Source: Octopus sinensis
Taxonomy: Eukaryota
NCBI RefSeq assembly: GCF_006345805.1
Contig: NW_021835671.1
Location: forward strand, 1 to 25,918
Length of the DNA stretch: 25,918 nucleotides
Direction: 5' to 3'
Shown: positions 9,385 to 20,591 of the stretch, piece by piece
How the letters are laid out: each line of letters starts with the position of its first letter
Numbering within the stretch: position 1 is the first letter of the stretch
Position numbers and translations under genes: made by a program
The notes under the pieces: generated by a model
Told to the model about the DNA's origin: nothing
The model's database searches: none
The model's input: only the letters and a program-made list of their open reading frames with translations

Positions 9385-9929
9385 GGTAAAGACCCCCTTC
9401 GGTTATAAATGACCATGGCATTGCACCTAGAGAGTTACCCTCTGAGGCACAAGTCCTAGCAAATTTGTTTATGGAAGATGAGCAATCACCCATGCATACC
9501 AGCCTCTCCTCTCCATTCCACGGATGTTATCCCAGGGAATGGCAGAGGCCGATACAACTTGGCACCAATGATGTCACACTTCAGCTGAGGGAACTGGAAC
9601 AACGTTCAAGTGTCTTGCCCAAGAACACAACACACAGCCCAGTCCAGGAATCAAACTCACTGCCTCATGATTGTGAGCCTAGTGCTTTAACCCTTTAGCA
9701 TTTAAACCGGCCATATCCGGCCAAAAGTATTCTGCTTGTTTTATGTTCAAACTGGCCAGATCTGGTCTCTCACCCCAATCCTACAATATCGTTTTAAAAA
9801 TTAACGGCTACCTCATCAAAATCTCATAGCTACAAGATTAATGAATGATTAGTTCAAAACAATGTGGATAAAAAAAGCATTAATTTTGGCAGAATAATGC
9901 GAACACTAAAGGGTTAACCACTGAGCTAT
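9385..9929 (-). mobile_element. tRNA-headed SINE family 3, interrupted by a piggyBac MITE (a related 3' fragment lies at ~8853-8965)
   Basis: Rejoined minus strand reads ATAGCTCAGTGGTTAAAGCACTAGGCTCAC..GAGTTTGATTCC (A and B boxes), then GTGTTCTTGGGCAAGACAC. Confidence 0.75.
9691..9913. mobile_element. piggyBac-type MITE, copy 2 (223 bp)
   Basis: TTAA (9687-9690) CCCTTTAG...CTAAAGGG TTAA (9914-9917). Confidence 0.92.
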
Positions 9930-9989
9930 GTCAAATATAATGCTTGTTTGAATTAATCATGCATTATCTCATAGCTTTTGAGATTTCAA

Positions 9990-10334
9990 TGGAGTGTGTG
10001 CCAGGGGCGTAACCAGCCCACTTGTGCGTACCTTTTCCTTCTTTGGACATTAAACTCTGCTTGCGAAGACCTGTTGAGGCAAGTGAAATCAAAATCAAAA
10101 TGAAATTCGATGACGGGCATGAGCACCATACGAGCGTGATCGTTGACAAAGCGGCTAACTGGCTTCTGTGCCGGTGCCATGTAGGAGGCACCATTCAAGT
10201 GGGATTGTTACCAGCATCGCCTTACTGGCACCTGTGCCGTTGGCATGTGTAAAAAAAAAAATTCGAGTGCGGTCGTTGCCAGTACTGCCTAACTGGCCCC
10301 CGTGCCGGTAGCACGTAAAAGCACCCACTACACT
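9990..10334 (+). mobile_element. Internal fragment of the (GAT)n-tailed retroposon family (likely RTE-LINE 3' UTR or a SINE sharing it)
   Basis: 10200-10334 is the reverse complement of motifs at 17290-17370 and 24170-24235. Other copies share the CATCATC..GTTTAAC(A/G)TCC 3' end and vary in 5' truncation. Confidence 0.65.
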
Positions 10335-10561
10335 CACTAGTCATGGTCTCGGTCACTATTTAAGGTCTCGGTCACTAGTCATGGTCTCAGTCACTAGTCA
10401 TGGTCTCAGTCACTAGTCATGGTCTAGGTCACTAGCCATGGTCTCGGTCACTAGCCATGGTCTCGGTCACTAGTCATGGTCTCGGTCACTAGCCATGGTC
10501 TCGGTCACTAGCCATGGTCTCGGTCACTAGTCATGGTCTCGGTCACTAGTCAAGTCTTGGT
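10335..10561. repeat. 19-bp minisatellite, 12 copies, consensus CACTAGTCATGGTCTCGGT
   Basis: Units in exact 19-bp register from 10335; last unit is 18 bp and degenerate. Confidence 0.97.
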
Positions 10562-10867
10562 CACACATACAAAATGCTAATGTATTGAGAGAAAAGTTAG
10601 GCATAAGGGGAATCAGATGTAGCGTGCAAAAAAGAAGACCACGCTGGGTTGGTCATATAATGTGTACAACACTCGTCAAAGGTGCCACGCAGTGGGACTA
10701 AACCCAGGACCGTGTGGTTGGGAAGGAACCTTCTTACCACACAGCCATACTTGGTGGGGAGGGCTCTTTTTTTTTTTTTTTTTTACAAACACCATCACCA
10801 CCACCACCTGGTGATCTGATGAACTAGCTTTCTTTATTTGCGTTGATCTGTTTCATTTTGCGCCAGA

Positions 10868-10965
10868 TGGAAGGACTATTGATGCTGTCTTCTTAGGCAA
10901 CTGCAAGAGAAATTTTGTACTTGACATTCATCAACTTGAAGAAAACCTTCAACAAAATCCCTCAC
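10868..10965 (+). pseudogene. Short degenerate non-LTR reverse-transcriptase fragment (RTE-like)
   Basis: Frameshifted GR-TIDAVF-LRQLQEK..YLTFINLKKTFNKIPH, resembling the GRSTTDAIF..RQLQEK..AFVDLEKAFDRVP RT motif. Confidence 0.6.
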
Positions 10966-10978
10966 TTTATGATATTCT

Positions 10979-11102
10979 TTTACTTGTTTCAGTCGTTTGA
11001 CTGTGGCCATGCTGGAGCACTGCCTTTAGTCGAGCAAATCGACCCCAGGACTTATTCTTTTGTAAGCCTAGTACTTATTCTATCAGTCTCTCTTGCCGAA
11101 TT
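10979..11102 (-). mobile_element. SINE family 1, 3' fragment
   Basis: TTTTACTTGTTTCAGTC..GCCGAA matches the family tail. Confidence 0.8.
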
Positions 11103-11375
11103 GTTATATGTATATATGTATATGCAACAGAAAATATGAGAAAGGCAAGTGGGGGGGGAGATAAAAAAAAACTATTGAAAACATAGAAATATAAGTTAAG
11201 TAAATAAATAAAAGAAAAATTTTTTTAAAAAAAGAATGAAGTTAGTCAAATATTTAAATAAAAAAGAATGGTTTTGAGAAAGAGCGAAAAACTCAAGAGA
11301 AAAGTTGCACTGTCAACAAAGCTACCTCATGGAAGGGTGAGAGGTAGATGTATAGATTGAGGGATAGGAAGGAGC

Positions 11376-11453
11376 TATATATATATATATATATATATAC
11401 ATGCACACACACACACACATACACTTATATATGTATATACATATATATATGTG

Positions 11454-11493
<40 letters not shown>

Positions 11494-11523
11494 TATGTAT
11501 ATATGTATATGTGTATATGTATA

Positions 11524-11569
<46 letters not shown>

Positions 11570-11600
11570 TATGTGTATGTATATATATATTATATATATA

Positions 11601-11631
<31 letters not shown>

Positions 11632-12211
11632 ATATATCTATGTATATATATGTATATGTATATATATGTATATACATATATATATGTCTATGTATATTAT
11701 ATATATATATGTATATACATATATTATGTCTATGTATATATGTATATATAATATATATATATGTATATACATATATATATGTATATACATATATATATGT
11801 CTATGTATATATGTATATATGTATATATATATATGTATATATATATATATGTATATACATATATATATGTCTATGTATATATATATATGTATGTATATGT
11901 ATATACATATTATATGTCTATGTATATAATATATATATATGTATACATATATATATATATATGTATATATGTATATATAGTATATATATATATACATGTA
12001 TATGTATATACATATAGTATATACATATATGTATATACATTATATATATATGTATAACATATATATATATGTCTATGTATATATATATAATATATATATA
12101 TATATGTATATACATATATATATATGTATATACATATATATATATATATACATATATATATATGTCTATGTATATTATATATGTCTATGTATATATATAT
12201 ATGTCTATGTA

Positions 12212-12244
<33 letters not shown>

Positions 12245-12710
12245 CTATATATATATATATATATATATAGATATATATATATATATATATATACTATATA
12301 TATATATATATATCTATATATATATATATATATATATACATATATTATATGTATATACATTATATATGTATATGTATATATATATATGTGTATGCATTTA
12401 TATGTATATACATATATATATGTGTATGTATTATATATATATACATATATATATATGTGTATGCATTTATATGTGTATGTATATATATGTGTATGTATAT
12501 ATATGTGTATGCATTATATGTATATACATGTATATGTATATATGTATATACATATATGTGTATGTATATATATGTGTATGTATATATGTGTATGTATATA
12601 TATGTGTATGCATATATGTTTGTATGTATATATGTGCGTATGTATATATGTGCGTATGTATATATATGTGTATGTATATATATGTATATACATATATATA
12701 CGTGTATGTA

Positions 12711-12741
<31 letters not shown>

Positions 12742-12745
12742 TACA

Positions 12746-12778
<33 letters not shown>
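11376..12778. repeat. ~1.4-kb degenerate (TA)n/(TATG)n microsatellite
   Basis: Almost uninterrupted purine-pyrimidine alternation; source of all the Y/I-rich ORFs. Confidence 0.98.
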
Positions 12779-12781
<3 letters not shown>

Positions 12782-13183
12782 CACACACCACATGCACATG
12801 TATCAGAGAGGGTGAGCGCCGGACAGATTTCTACATGTGTGTATGTGCGTGAGGCATAGGACAGACTGTGTACGCAAGAGAAAGAGAGAGAGAAGAGAAA
12901 GACAGAGGAACAGATAGACGGCGTTACAGAATTCTGTGGAGGGTTGTTTACATATGTTTACAGACAAGATGCTGGATGGCTGACACGAAGACGAGAATAT
13001 TTTTGAAAGCATATTAAGCACAACACATGATAACAATATAGAACAGGGTATTTATTACAGACCTTTTTTCCTCTTTCTTACACACCCACAAAAAAACTGC
13101 ACATAAAGTACTCGCTGAATAAGGCTGGCCTGCTAGAAACAGCAGCTAAGTTCTCTCATGTCACCCCCTATACTCTTTTAAGT

Positions 13184-13849
13184 AATTCAATTCAATTCAA
13201 TTTTTATTGGCTCAAAAAGCAAAAGCAAGGCACTGGAGTGGCTCTGTGGTAAGTAGCTTGTTTACCAACTACATGGTTCCGGGTTCAGTCCCACTGCGTG
13301 GCAGCTTGGGCAAGTGTCTTCTACTATAGCCTCGGGCCGACCAAAGCCTTGTGAGTAGATTTGGTTGACGGAAACTGAAAGAAGCCCATTCGTCGTATAT
13401 ATATGTATGTATATATATATGCGTGTGTGTGTTTGTGTGTGTGTTTGTTTGTGTGTGTGTTTGTCCCCCTAGCATTGCTTGACAACCGATGCTGGTGTGT
13501 TTATGTCCCCATTACTTAGCGGTTCGGCAAAAGAGACCGATAGAATAAGTACTAAGCTTACAAAAGAATAAGTCCCAGGGTCGAGTTGCTCGATTAAAGG
13601 CGGTGCTCCAGCATGGCCGCAGTCAAATAACTGAAACAAGTAAAAGAGTAAAGAGAGTAGGGGGACAGGGAGTTATGTACAGGGAAGGTGGTCATACAAA
13701 GGGTTCAGGCCATTTCTGGTCAAGTGAGAGTTTGAACCGAGCGGACATCGGCATCTTCACTATCTTGTCCGGCAGCTTATTCCACAGATCCGCAACCCGG
13801 ACGGAGAAAGCCCCTCTCCTTCGATTGAGATGAAATCGTCGTAGATAGA
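13184..13849 (-). mobile_element. CR1/L2-group LINE 3' end, split by a SINE1 insertion
   Basis: Minus peptide YLRRFHLNRRRGAFSVRVADLWNKLPDKIVKMPMSARFKLSLDQKWPE (13658-13849). The 3' UTR resumes at 13184-13232 with a (TTGAA)n tail; colinear with 21813-22105. Confidence 0.8.
13229..13657 (+). mobile_element. SINE family 1
   Basis: Full-length copy inside the CR1-like 3' UTR. Confidence 0.9.
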
Positions 13850-14217
13850 ACATACTGGATAATGTTTTCTTGGGTATCATTAAAGAAACAGGATGGTCAC
13901 ATTTGGAATGTCTTTGATCATAGGTTTACTCAATCAGTGTTAGCCTTGGGTTAAACAATACATAAAGAATAGTTAACCGATTGGGAGAGGCATCTATGTA
14001 GTCAGTTACTCTGCTAGAAATAGAAGCCAAATGTCCGTCAAATCAATACATTATATCATCTTGAAAAAATATAGGATACATTTAGCTAGTTTCGTTTGGA
14101 TAAAAAAATTCGATGAGATGGTCACAACTGGAACGTCTTTAACCCCTTGGCATTTAAAGCGGCCAAATCCAGCTCAAATGTTCTACATGTTTTACATTCA
14201 AATTGGCCATATCTAAC

Positions 14218-14450
14218 CTATTTCTTTACTACCCACAAGGGGCTAAACACAGAGAGGACAAACAAGGAGAGACAAACGGATTAAGTCGATTACATCGACA
14301 CCAGTGCGTAACTGGTACTTATTTAATCAACCCCGGAAAGATGAAAGGCAAAGTCGACCTCGGCAGAATTTGAACTCAGAACATAACGGCAGACGAAATA
14401 CTGCTAGGCATTTTGCCCGGCGTGCTAACGTTTCTGCCAGCTCACCGCCT
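14218..14450 (-). mobile_element. SINE family 2, single-body copy
   Basis: Reverse complement of the head plus body of 5400-5631. It lies inside an old MITE relative (~14139-14540). Confidence 0.88.
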
Positions 14451-14539
14451 TTACCTGTCACACCTAACCTACACTAACTTTCTAAAAATATACAATCACA
14501 TTATCGAAATGTCAAAGCTATAAGATAATGCCTGATTAA

Positions 14540-14990
14540 TCTATTATATAAAATCCTTTCTATCTATCTGTGTGTGTGTCTTCTAGGATCTCGGGAATCC
14601 TCCATCCGATTGCGCTCAAATTTGATATGTAGATACCGATGGTATCAGGGCGTGTATAAGTCTCGAAAAATTACAAAAATCGATTCCAGGTGAGAATGCG
14701 ATTGATAAAGCCGTGGGATCGTGCATTTGTACGTGCAAGTACATCAACTGTTGCGATCTATACTACGCGTACACGAGAAAAATGCACGTGCAGTTTGTGC
14801 AAAAGAAGCCGGCTGGCTTGAAATAATGTCACAAAATGCAGTATTTTTAAGAGACCAAAAAAGTAAGATGCAAAAGAGATATTTTCTCCAAACTTGGCAT
14901 GAAGGAAGGAAAGACTATTTGGTTTCTCAAGAATTTTTTTTTTTTTTTTTTTTGCCTTAACTTCGTTTAACAAAACCAAAAATTTTATTG
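14540..14990 (+). mobile_element. Possible Helitron/Helentron-type non-autonomous element, 5' part
   Basis: A|TCTATTATATAAAA start, then a TCTATCTGTGTGTGTG microsatellite and CCGATTGCGCTCAAATTTG, an arrangement recalling DINE/HINE-like elements. No 3' hairpin-CTAG end was found; right boundary uncertain. Confidence 0.4.
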
Positions 14991-15283
14991 AAATAAAGGC
15001 ATGCTTAATGAAAATAAAATACTGATTGCTTTTTATTCAGTAGATATAATTCAGCACCGTCCGTTGGAGAGGTGGGGGGGGGGGGCTTTTCCCCGTTCAA
15101 TATAATTTGGGTAAAAAAGCATATCTTAAAGTCCATTTGACAGAGGTTGAGACAAAGCTAAGCAACATTTTTGTTCCTTCTTTTGTCTTGCATTTTCTTC
15201 ACACATACACCTTATTATCTTAGGCAAGATTTTTGCTTGGTTGCACATTTCCTTGTTCTGCTTTTGAAGGGTTTTAAGTTGGA

Positions 15284-15868
15284 CAAATTGACCCCCTGGA
15301 CTTAAAGCCTAGTGCTTATTTTATCAGTCTCTTTTGCCAAACCACTAGATTACAGCAACGTAAACACACCAACACCGGTTGTCAAGAGGTGATGGGGGTG
15401 GGGGGGACAAGTGCAGACGCTACACATAGATATATAGACATACACACAATACATATATATAACCCATGCTAGCATGGAAAGCGGACGTTAAACGATGATG
15501 ATGATGATGATGATATATATATATATATACATATATTCACGTATATATATGCACATATATATATACATATACATATATTCACACACACACATATATATAC
15601 ATATATATACACATACATATATTCACATATATATATGCACACACACACACATATTTATATACATATATTCACATATATATATGCACATATATATATATGC
15701 ACACATATATATACACACACACACACACACACATATATGACAGGCTTCTTTCAGTTTCCATCTTTGGTCAACCGGAGGCTATTGTAGAAGACACTTATCC
15801 AACGTGTCGTGCAGTGGGACTGAACCCGGAACCATGTTGTTAGTAAGCAAGCTATTTAGCACACAGCA
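15284..15868 (-). mobile_element. Degraded SINE1 with expanded internal TA/CA tract and a nested (GAT)n-family tail (15466-15512)
   Basis: 3' part ~15284-15420, microsatellite ~15420-15735, head ~15736-15868. Confidence 0.75.
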
Positions 15869-17294
15869 ACAACCTCCCTTGAATTTTTACACATGGGTGA
15901 ATCAGGCTGTACTGGCAAATACCTCGCTCGAATGTTTTGGGCCAGTCAGGCAGTACTAGCAACAACCTCGCTTGAATTTTTGCACATGGGTGAATCAGGC
16001 TGTACTGGCAACGACCTCGCTCGAATGTTTTGGGCCAGTCAGGCGGTACTAGCAACAACCTCGCTTGAATTTTTACACATGGGTGAATCAGGCTGTACTG
16101 GCAACGACCTCACTCGAATTTTTTGGGCCAGTCAGGCGGTACTAGCAACGACCTCGCTTGAATTTTTACACATGGGTGAATCAGGCTGTACTGGCAACGA
16201 CCTCACTCGAATTTTTTGGGCCAGTCAGGCGGTACTAGCAACGACCTCGCTTGAATTTTTACACATGGGTGAATCAGGCTGTACTGGCAACGACCTCACT
16301 CGAATTTTTTGGGCCAGTCAGGCGGTACTACTAGCAACGACCCTCGCTTGAATTTTTACACATGGGTGAATCAGGCTGTACTGGCAACGACCTCACTCGA
16401 ATTTTTTGGCCAGTCAGGCGGTACTAGCAACGACCTCGCTTGAATTTTTACACATGGGTGAATCAGGCTGTACTGGCAACGACCTCACTCGAATTTTTTG
16501 GGCCAGTCAGGCGGTACTAGCAACGACCTCGCTTGAATTTTTACACATGGGTGAATCAGGCTGTACTGGCAACGACCTCACTCGAATTTTTTGGGCCAGT
16601 CAGGCGGTACTAGCAACGACCTCGCTTGAATTTTTACACATGGGTGAATCAGGCTGTACTGGCAACGACCTCACTCGAATTTTTTGGGCCAGTCAGGCGG
16701 TACTAGCAACGACCTCGCTTGAATTTTTACACATGGGTGAATCAGGCTGTACTGGCAACGACCTCACTCGAATTTTTTGGGCCAGTCAGGCGGTACTAGC
16801 AACGACCTCGCTTGAATTTTTACACATGGGTGAATCAGGCTGTACTGGCAACGACCTCACTCGAATTTTTTGGGCCAGTCAGGCGGTACTAGCAACGACC
16901 TCACTTGAATTTTTACACATGGGTGAATCAGGCTGTACTGGCAACGACCTCACTCGAATTTTTTGGCCAGTCAGGCGGTACTAGCAACGACCTCACTTGA
17001 ATTTTTACACATGGGTGAATCAGGCTGTACTGGCAACGACCTCACTCGAATTTTTTGGGCCAGTCAGGCGGTACTAGCAACGACCTCACTTGAATTTTTA
17101 CACATGGGTGAATCAGGCTGTACTGGCAACGACCTCACTCGAATTTTTTGGGCCAGTCAGGCGGTACTAGCAACGACCTCGCTTGAATTTTTACACATGG
17201 GCGAATCAGGCTGTACTGGCAACGACCTCGCTTGAATGTTTTGGGCCAGTCAGGCGGTACTGGCAATGACCTCGCTCAAATATTTTTACACATG
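15865..17294. repeat. 93-bp tandem array (~15 copies) of two related subunits (49 + 44 bp)
   Basis: Unit ACTAGCAACGACCTCGCTTGAATTTTTACACATGGGTGAATCAGGCTGT + ACTGGCAACGACCTCACTCGAATTTTTTGGGCCAGTCAGGCGGT. It runs into (GAT)n-family sequence at 17295-17372. Confidence 0.97.
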
Positions 17295-17810
17295 CCAATG
17301 GCACAGGTGCTAGTAAGGCGATGCTGGTAACGATCACGCTCGAAAGGTGCCTCCTACATGCCACCGGCACGGATTTCATAAATCAAGAAATTGTCTTTTA
17401 TGTTAATTAGTATACACTTATTTGCCATTGTTGTTCAAAGACAAGTCACTAATTTTCATTTTATATATTGGGTTGGCAAGAAAGTAATTTTGTTTTTTGC
17501 AAATAGATAGTTACGAGTTTTTTTCAGTGTCTTTTGTCAATGTTATGATTTTTTCCTTTTGACATTTGATAGCCATTACTTTTAGCTTGCTTTAGAAGCA
17601 AATTGCGCATAATTTTGTTTACAGCTGTTTGTTCAGTTCATGCACATGTTAGAAATGGTTTAAAAAATTCAATTCTGGAGATTTTTCACTCAAAGATGAC
17701 CAACGTTCTAGTCAACCTACTGAAGTTGATGGTGACTGAATCAAAGCCATAATTGAATCTGATTGTCATATAACCGTGCGAGAGATTGCAGAGGGTTTAA
17801 GTGTATCACA

Positions 17811-18222
17811 GGCGCAGGAGTGGCTGTGTGGTAAGTAGCTTGCTTACCAACCACATGGTTCTGGGTTCAGTCCCACTGCTGGCATCTTGGGCAAGTGTCT
17901 TCTGCTATAGCCCCAGGCCGACCAATGCCTTGTGAGTGGATTTGGTAGACGGAAACTGAAAGAAGCCTGTCGTATATATGTATATATATATATGTATATG
18001 TGTGTGTGTTTGTGTGCCTGTGTTTGTCCCCCTAGCATTGCTTGACAACTGATGCTGGTGTCTTTATGTCCCTGTCACTTAGCGGTTCGGCAAAAAGACC
18101 CGATAGAATAAGTACTGGGCTTACAAAGAATAAGTCCTGGGGTTGATTTGCTCGACTAAAGGTGGTGCTCCAGCATGGCCGCAGTCAAATGGCTGAAACA
18201 AGTAAAAGAGTAAAAGAGAGAG
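17811..18222 (+). mobile_element. SINE family 1 nested in the mariner
   Basis: Full-length copy; transposase reading continues on both sides. Confidence 0.92.
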
Positions 18223-18462
18223 ACACACAACTGAAAATCACTTAAAATGTCTTGGACTTGTTAAGAAGCTCAATATTTGGGTTCCACATAAATTGAAAGA
18301 GATTCACTTAACACAACAAATCAATATTTGCAATATGCATCTCGAATGCAATGGAATCGACCTTTTTTTTTAAACGAATCATCACTGATAATGAAAAATG
18401 GATTGTTTACTATAACATCAATCGAAAATAATCATGGTCCAGGGTCCAGGCATAATGAACCA

Positions 18463-18790
18463 ATCATCATCATCATTGTTCGACCGTGGTCGAGACAATG
18501 GAATTTACCATGCTACGCCAGACTTCACGGTCCATCATGGCATTACGGAGGTCCTGTTGCTGGATGCCTGTATCCCAGGAGATTACATCAGAGTAGGAGA
18601 CTGTGCGCCCTCTGGTATCGCGAGCAGATGGCTTCCAGAGGAGAAGAGTAGAATTTACCTCTTTTTCAGCTCTACAACAACGTCCAGCAAACTGGACTCT
18701 CCTACCTTTCACAAGAGATGACACAGGTGGTAGTTTCCCATATATTTGCATTTTGGTTGGATGGCGCTTCCACGAGAGATTTTGAGCTCT
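18463..18790 (-). mobile_element. 5'-truncated RTE-type LINE nested in the mariner
   Basis: Peptide NLSWKRHPTKMQIYGKLPPVS..RRVQFAGRC..LLLWKP..DTG..DLRNAMMDREVWR, (GAT)n tail, and TSD CATAATGAACCA (18451-18462, 18791-18802). Confidence 0.92.
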
Positions 18791-19548
18791 CATAATGAAC
18801 CAAAACAAACCTCATCGAAAGCTGAATTGCATCAAAACGGTCATGCTGTCAATTTGGTGGGATCACAAAGGTGTTGTGTATTTTGAGCTGCTTCTAATAA
18901 ACCAAACGATCAATTCAGATGTTTACTGTCAACAACTAATGAAACTGGAGGAAGCAATCTAAGAAAACGGCCAGAATTGGCAAATCATAAAGGAACTGTG
19001 TTCCACAATGACAACACTAGACCACCCACATCTTTGCTAACTTGTGAAAAATTATTAGAGTTTGTTTGGGAAGTGATATCGCATTCACCATACAGCCCTG
19101 ACCTTGCACTATCAGATTACCATTTATTTCGAAGTTTGCAAAATTCTTTGAATGGTAAAACAACTTTCAATAACGATGATGACCTGAAATCACACTTGCT
19201 TCAGTTTTTGGCTGATAAGGACCAGAAGTTCTATGAGCGCGGAATCATGAAGTTGCCAGAAAGATGGCAAAAGGTCATCAAACAAAATGGAAAATATAGA
19301 ATTGATTAAAGTTCATTCTTTGTATGAAAAAAAAAATGCCTTTTATTTCACACTAAAAAACCGAAATTACTTTCTTGCCAACCCAATATATGTATATATA
19401 TACACGCAAGCACGCATAATGAAAGCCACTTATTGTGTTCACTTTGAAATAGTCTTTTACATAACAATTGCCTTTTTGATTACATTATCCAGGATTATAA
19501 GTAGCTCCCACTTTGTGCTTGTATGTATGTGTGTGTGTGTGTGTGTAT

Positions 19549-19760
19549 GTATCATCATCATCATCATCATTATCATCAACATCTAGCATCTATTTTCCAT
19601 GCTGGTCACACCAGATTCTATACACTGTATTGGCTTGGTTTCTATGGCTGGGTGCCCTTCCAAATGACAACCACTTTACAGAGTATACTGGGTACTTTTT
19701 ACATGGCACTATCACCAGTACCAATGCTTTCACATGGCGCCAGCACCCACACCGATGCTT
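19549..19760 (-). mobile_element. Degraded (GAT)n-tailed family copy
   Basis: (ATC)n followed by TTTCCATGCTGG..GGGTGCCCTTCC..AACCAC. Confidence 0.6.
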
Positions 19761-20036
19761 TTTAACGGGTTACCTTTGTTTTAGGATCTCAGTTCTGTTG
19801 TTTTGGGCAGGTTTACTTGAGTACACCAATGCACCCCTTTTCTCAATCCTCTGTCATAAGTACCAGAGCTGAAATAAGTACTGGAATCAGTATGAGGGAC
19901 TAAACTTTTAAATGCAGTACCTCAGCATGGTACAGCTGAGGATGCCTGCTAATTGAAATTGGCCCCATGGTAAACAGTTTTTGCTCTCTTTTCATATCAA
20001 ACCCGTGTAAGAGCACCCATACTAAAGAGTTGTTCA

Positions 20037-20496
20037 TATCTTCTTCTTCTTAATCCTTTTTGCCCCTTGTAGAGCATAGGGCCTCAACAGTTGTTTTCCA
20101 CTTTTTGCAGTCATTGGCGTGTTTCTTGGCTGCTTCCCATGTCAGGCCGGTGGTCCTGAGCTCGTCCAAAATGCTCCGCTTCTGTGTCTGCTTCGGGCGT
20201 CCTCACTTCCTTTTCCCCTGCGGGTTCCAGTCAAGTGCTTGTCGTGTCATATTTGAGGGTTCTTTCCGCAGTGTGGGTCCGATCCATCTCCATTTCCTTC
20301 GTCTTATCTGAACATGTATGGGCTCCTGGTTGGCCCCTTCCCACAGGTCGGTGTTTGGCACTCTGTCGAACCACTTCAGATGGAGGATCTGCCGGAGACA
20401 TTTGTTGATGAAGGTCTGGATCTTCTTGTAGCTGCTGCAGGTGGCTCTCCATGTTTCAGAGCCATAAAAAAGCACAGATTTTATGTTTGAACTAAA
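20037..20496 (-). mobile_element. 5'-truncated RTE-clade LINE with (GAA)n tail
   Basis: IKSVLFYGSETWR..KIQTFINKCLRQIL..IRRRKWRWIGPTLRK..RQALDWNPQGKRK..VEALCSTRG, then AAGAAGAAG. Confidence 0.92.
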
Positions 20497-20591
20497 TAAG
20501 CAGAGTTTAGTTCAAGTTGAGATGGCAGTGGACTTCCATACCGGCTGAAGAATAGCGAAGGCTTGACAAGCCTTCTTGCTTCTTGCCGTGA

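Larger units (their letters stand above)
17656..19309 (+). pseudogene. Disrupted mariner transposase
   Basis: WFKKFNSGDFSLKDDQRS..ITVREIAE (17656-17810); WVPHKL..IITDNEKW (18223-18462, first catalytic D is N); VMLSIWWDHKGVVYFELL; HNDNTRP-34 aa-YSPDLALSDYHLF. N-terminus deleted; stops and frameshifts present. Confidence 0.93.
17468..19386 (+). mobile_element. Mariner (Tc1/mariner, D,D34D) transposon with both TIRs and two nested insertions
   Basis: Perfect 23-bp TIR TTGGGTTGGCAAGAAAGTAATTT (17468-17490 / 19364-19386), with TA on both sides. TIR resembles the Hsmar1-type end. Confidence 0.95.

Noticed and set aside
11322-12859. Long Y/I/M/C-rich ORFs (up to 287 aa)
   Set aside because: Translations of TA/TG microsatellite on both strands; no coding signal.
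16400-16965. Six-unit higher-order repeat suggested by the same 1-bp deletion at ~16405 and ~16962
   Set aside because: Neighbouring diagnostic variants do not repeat with that period, and homopolymer indels may be sequencing errors.
15865-17294. CRISPR-like look of the 93-bp array (and of the 19-bp array at 10335-10561)
   Set aside because: The intervening segments are identical or simply alternate rather than being unique spacers; no cas genes; eukaryotic repeat context.
18977-19309. 110-aa ORF as a functional or domesticated transposase
   Set aside because: Only the C-terminal third, with a TTG start. The upstream frame has a stop, a frameshift and two insertions, and the first catalytic Asp is lost.
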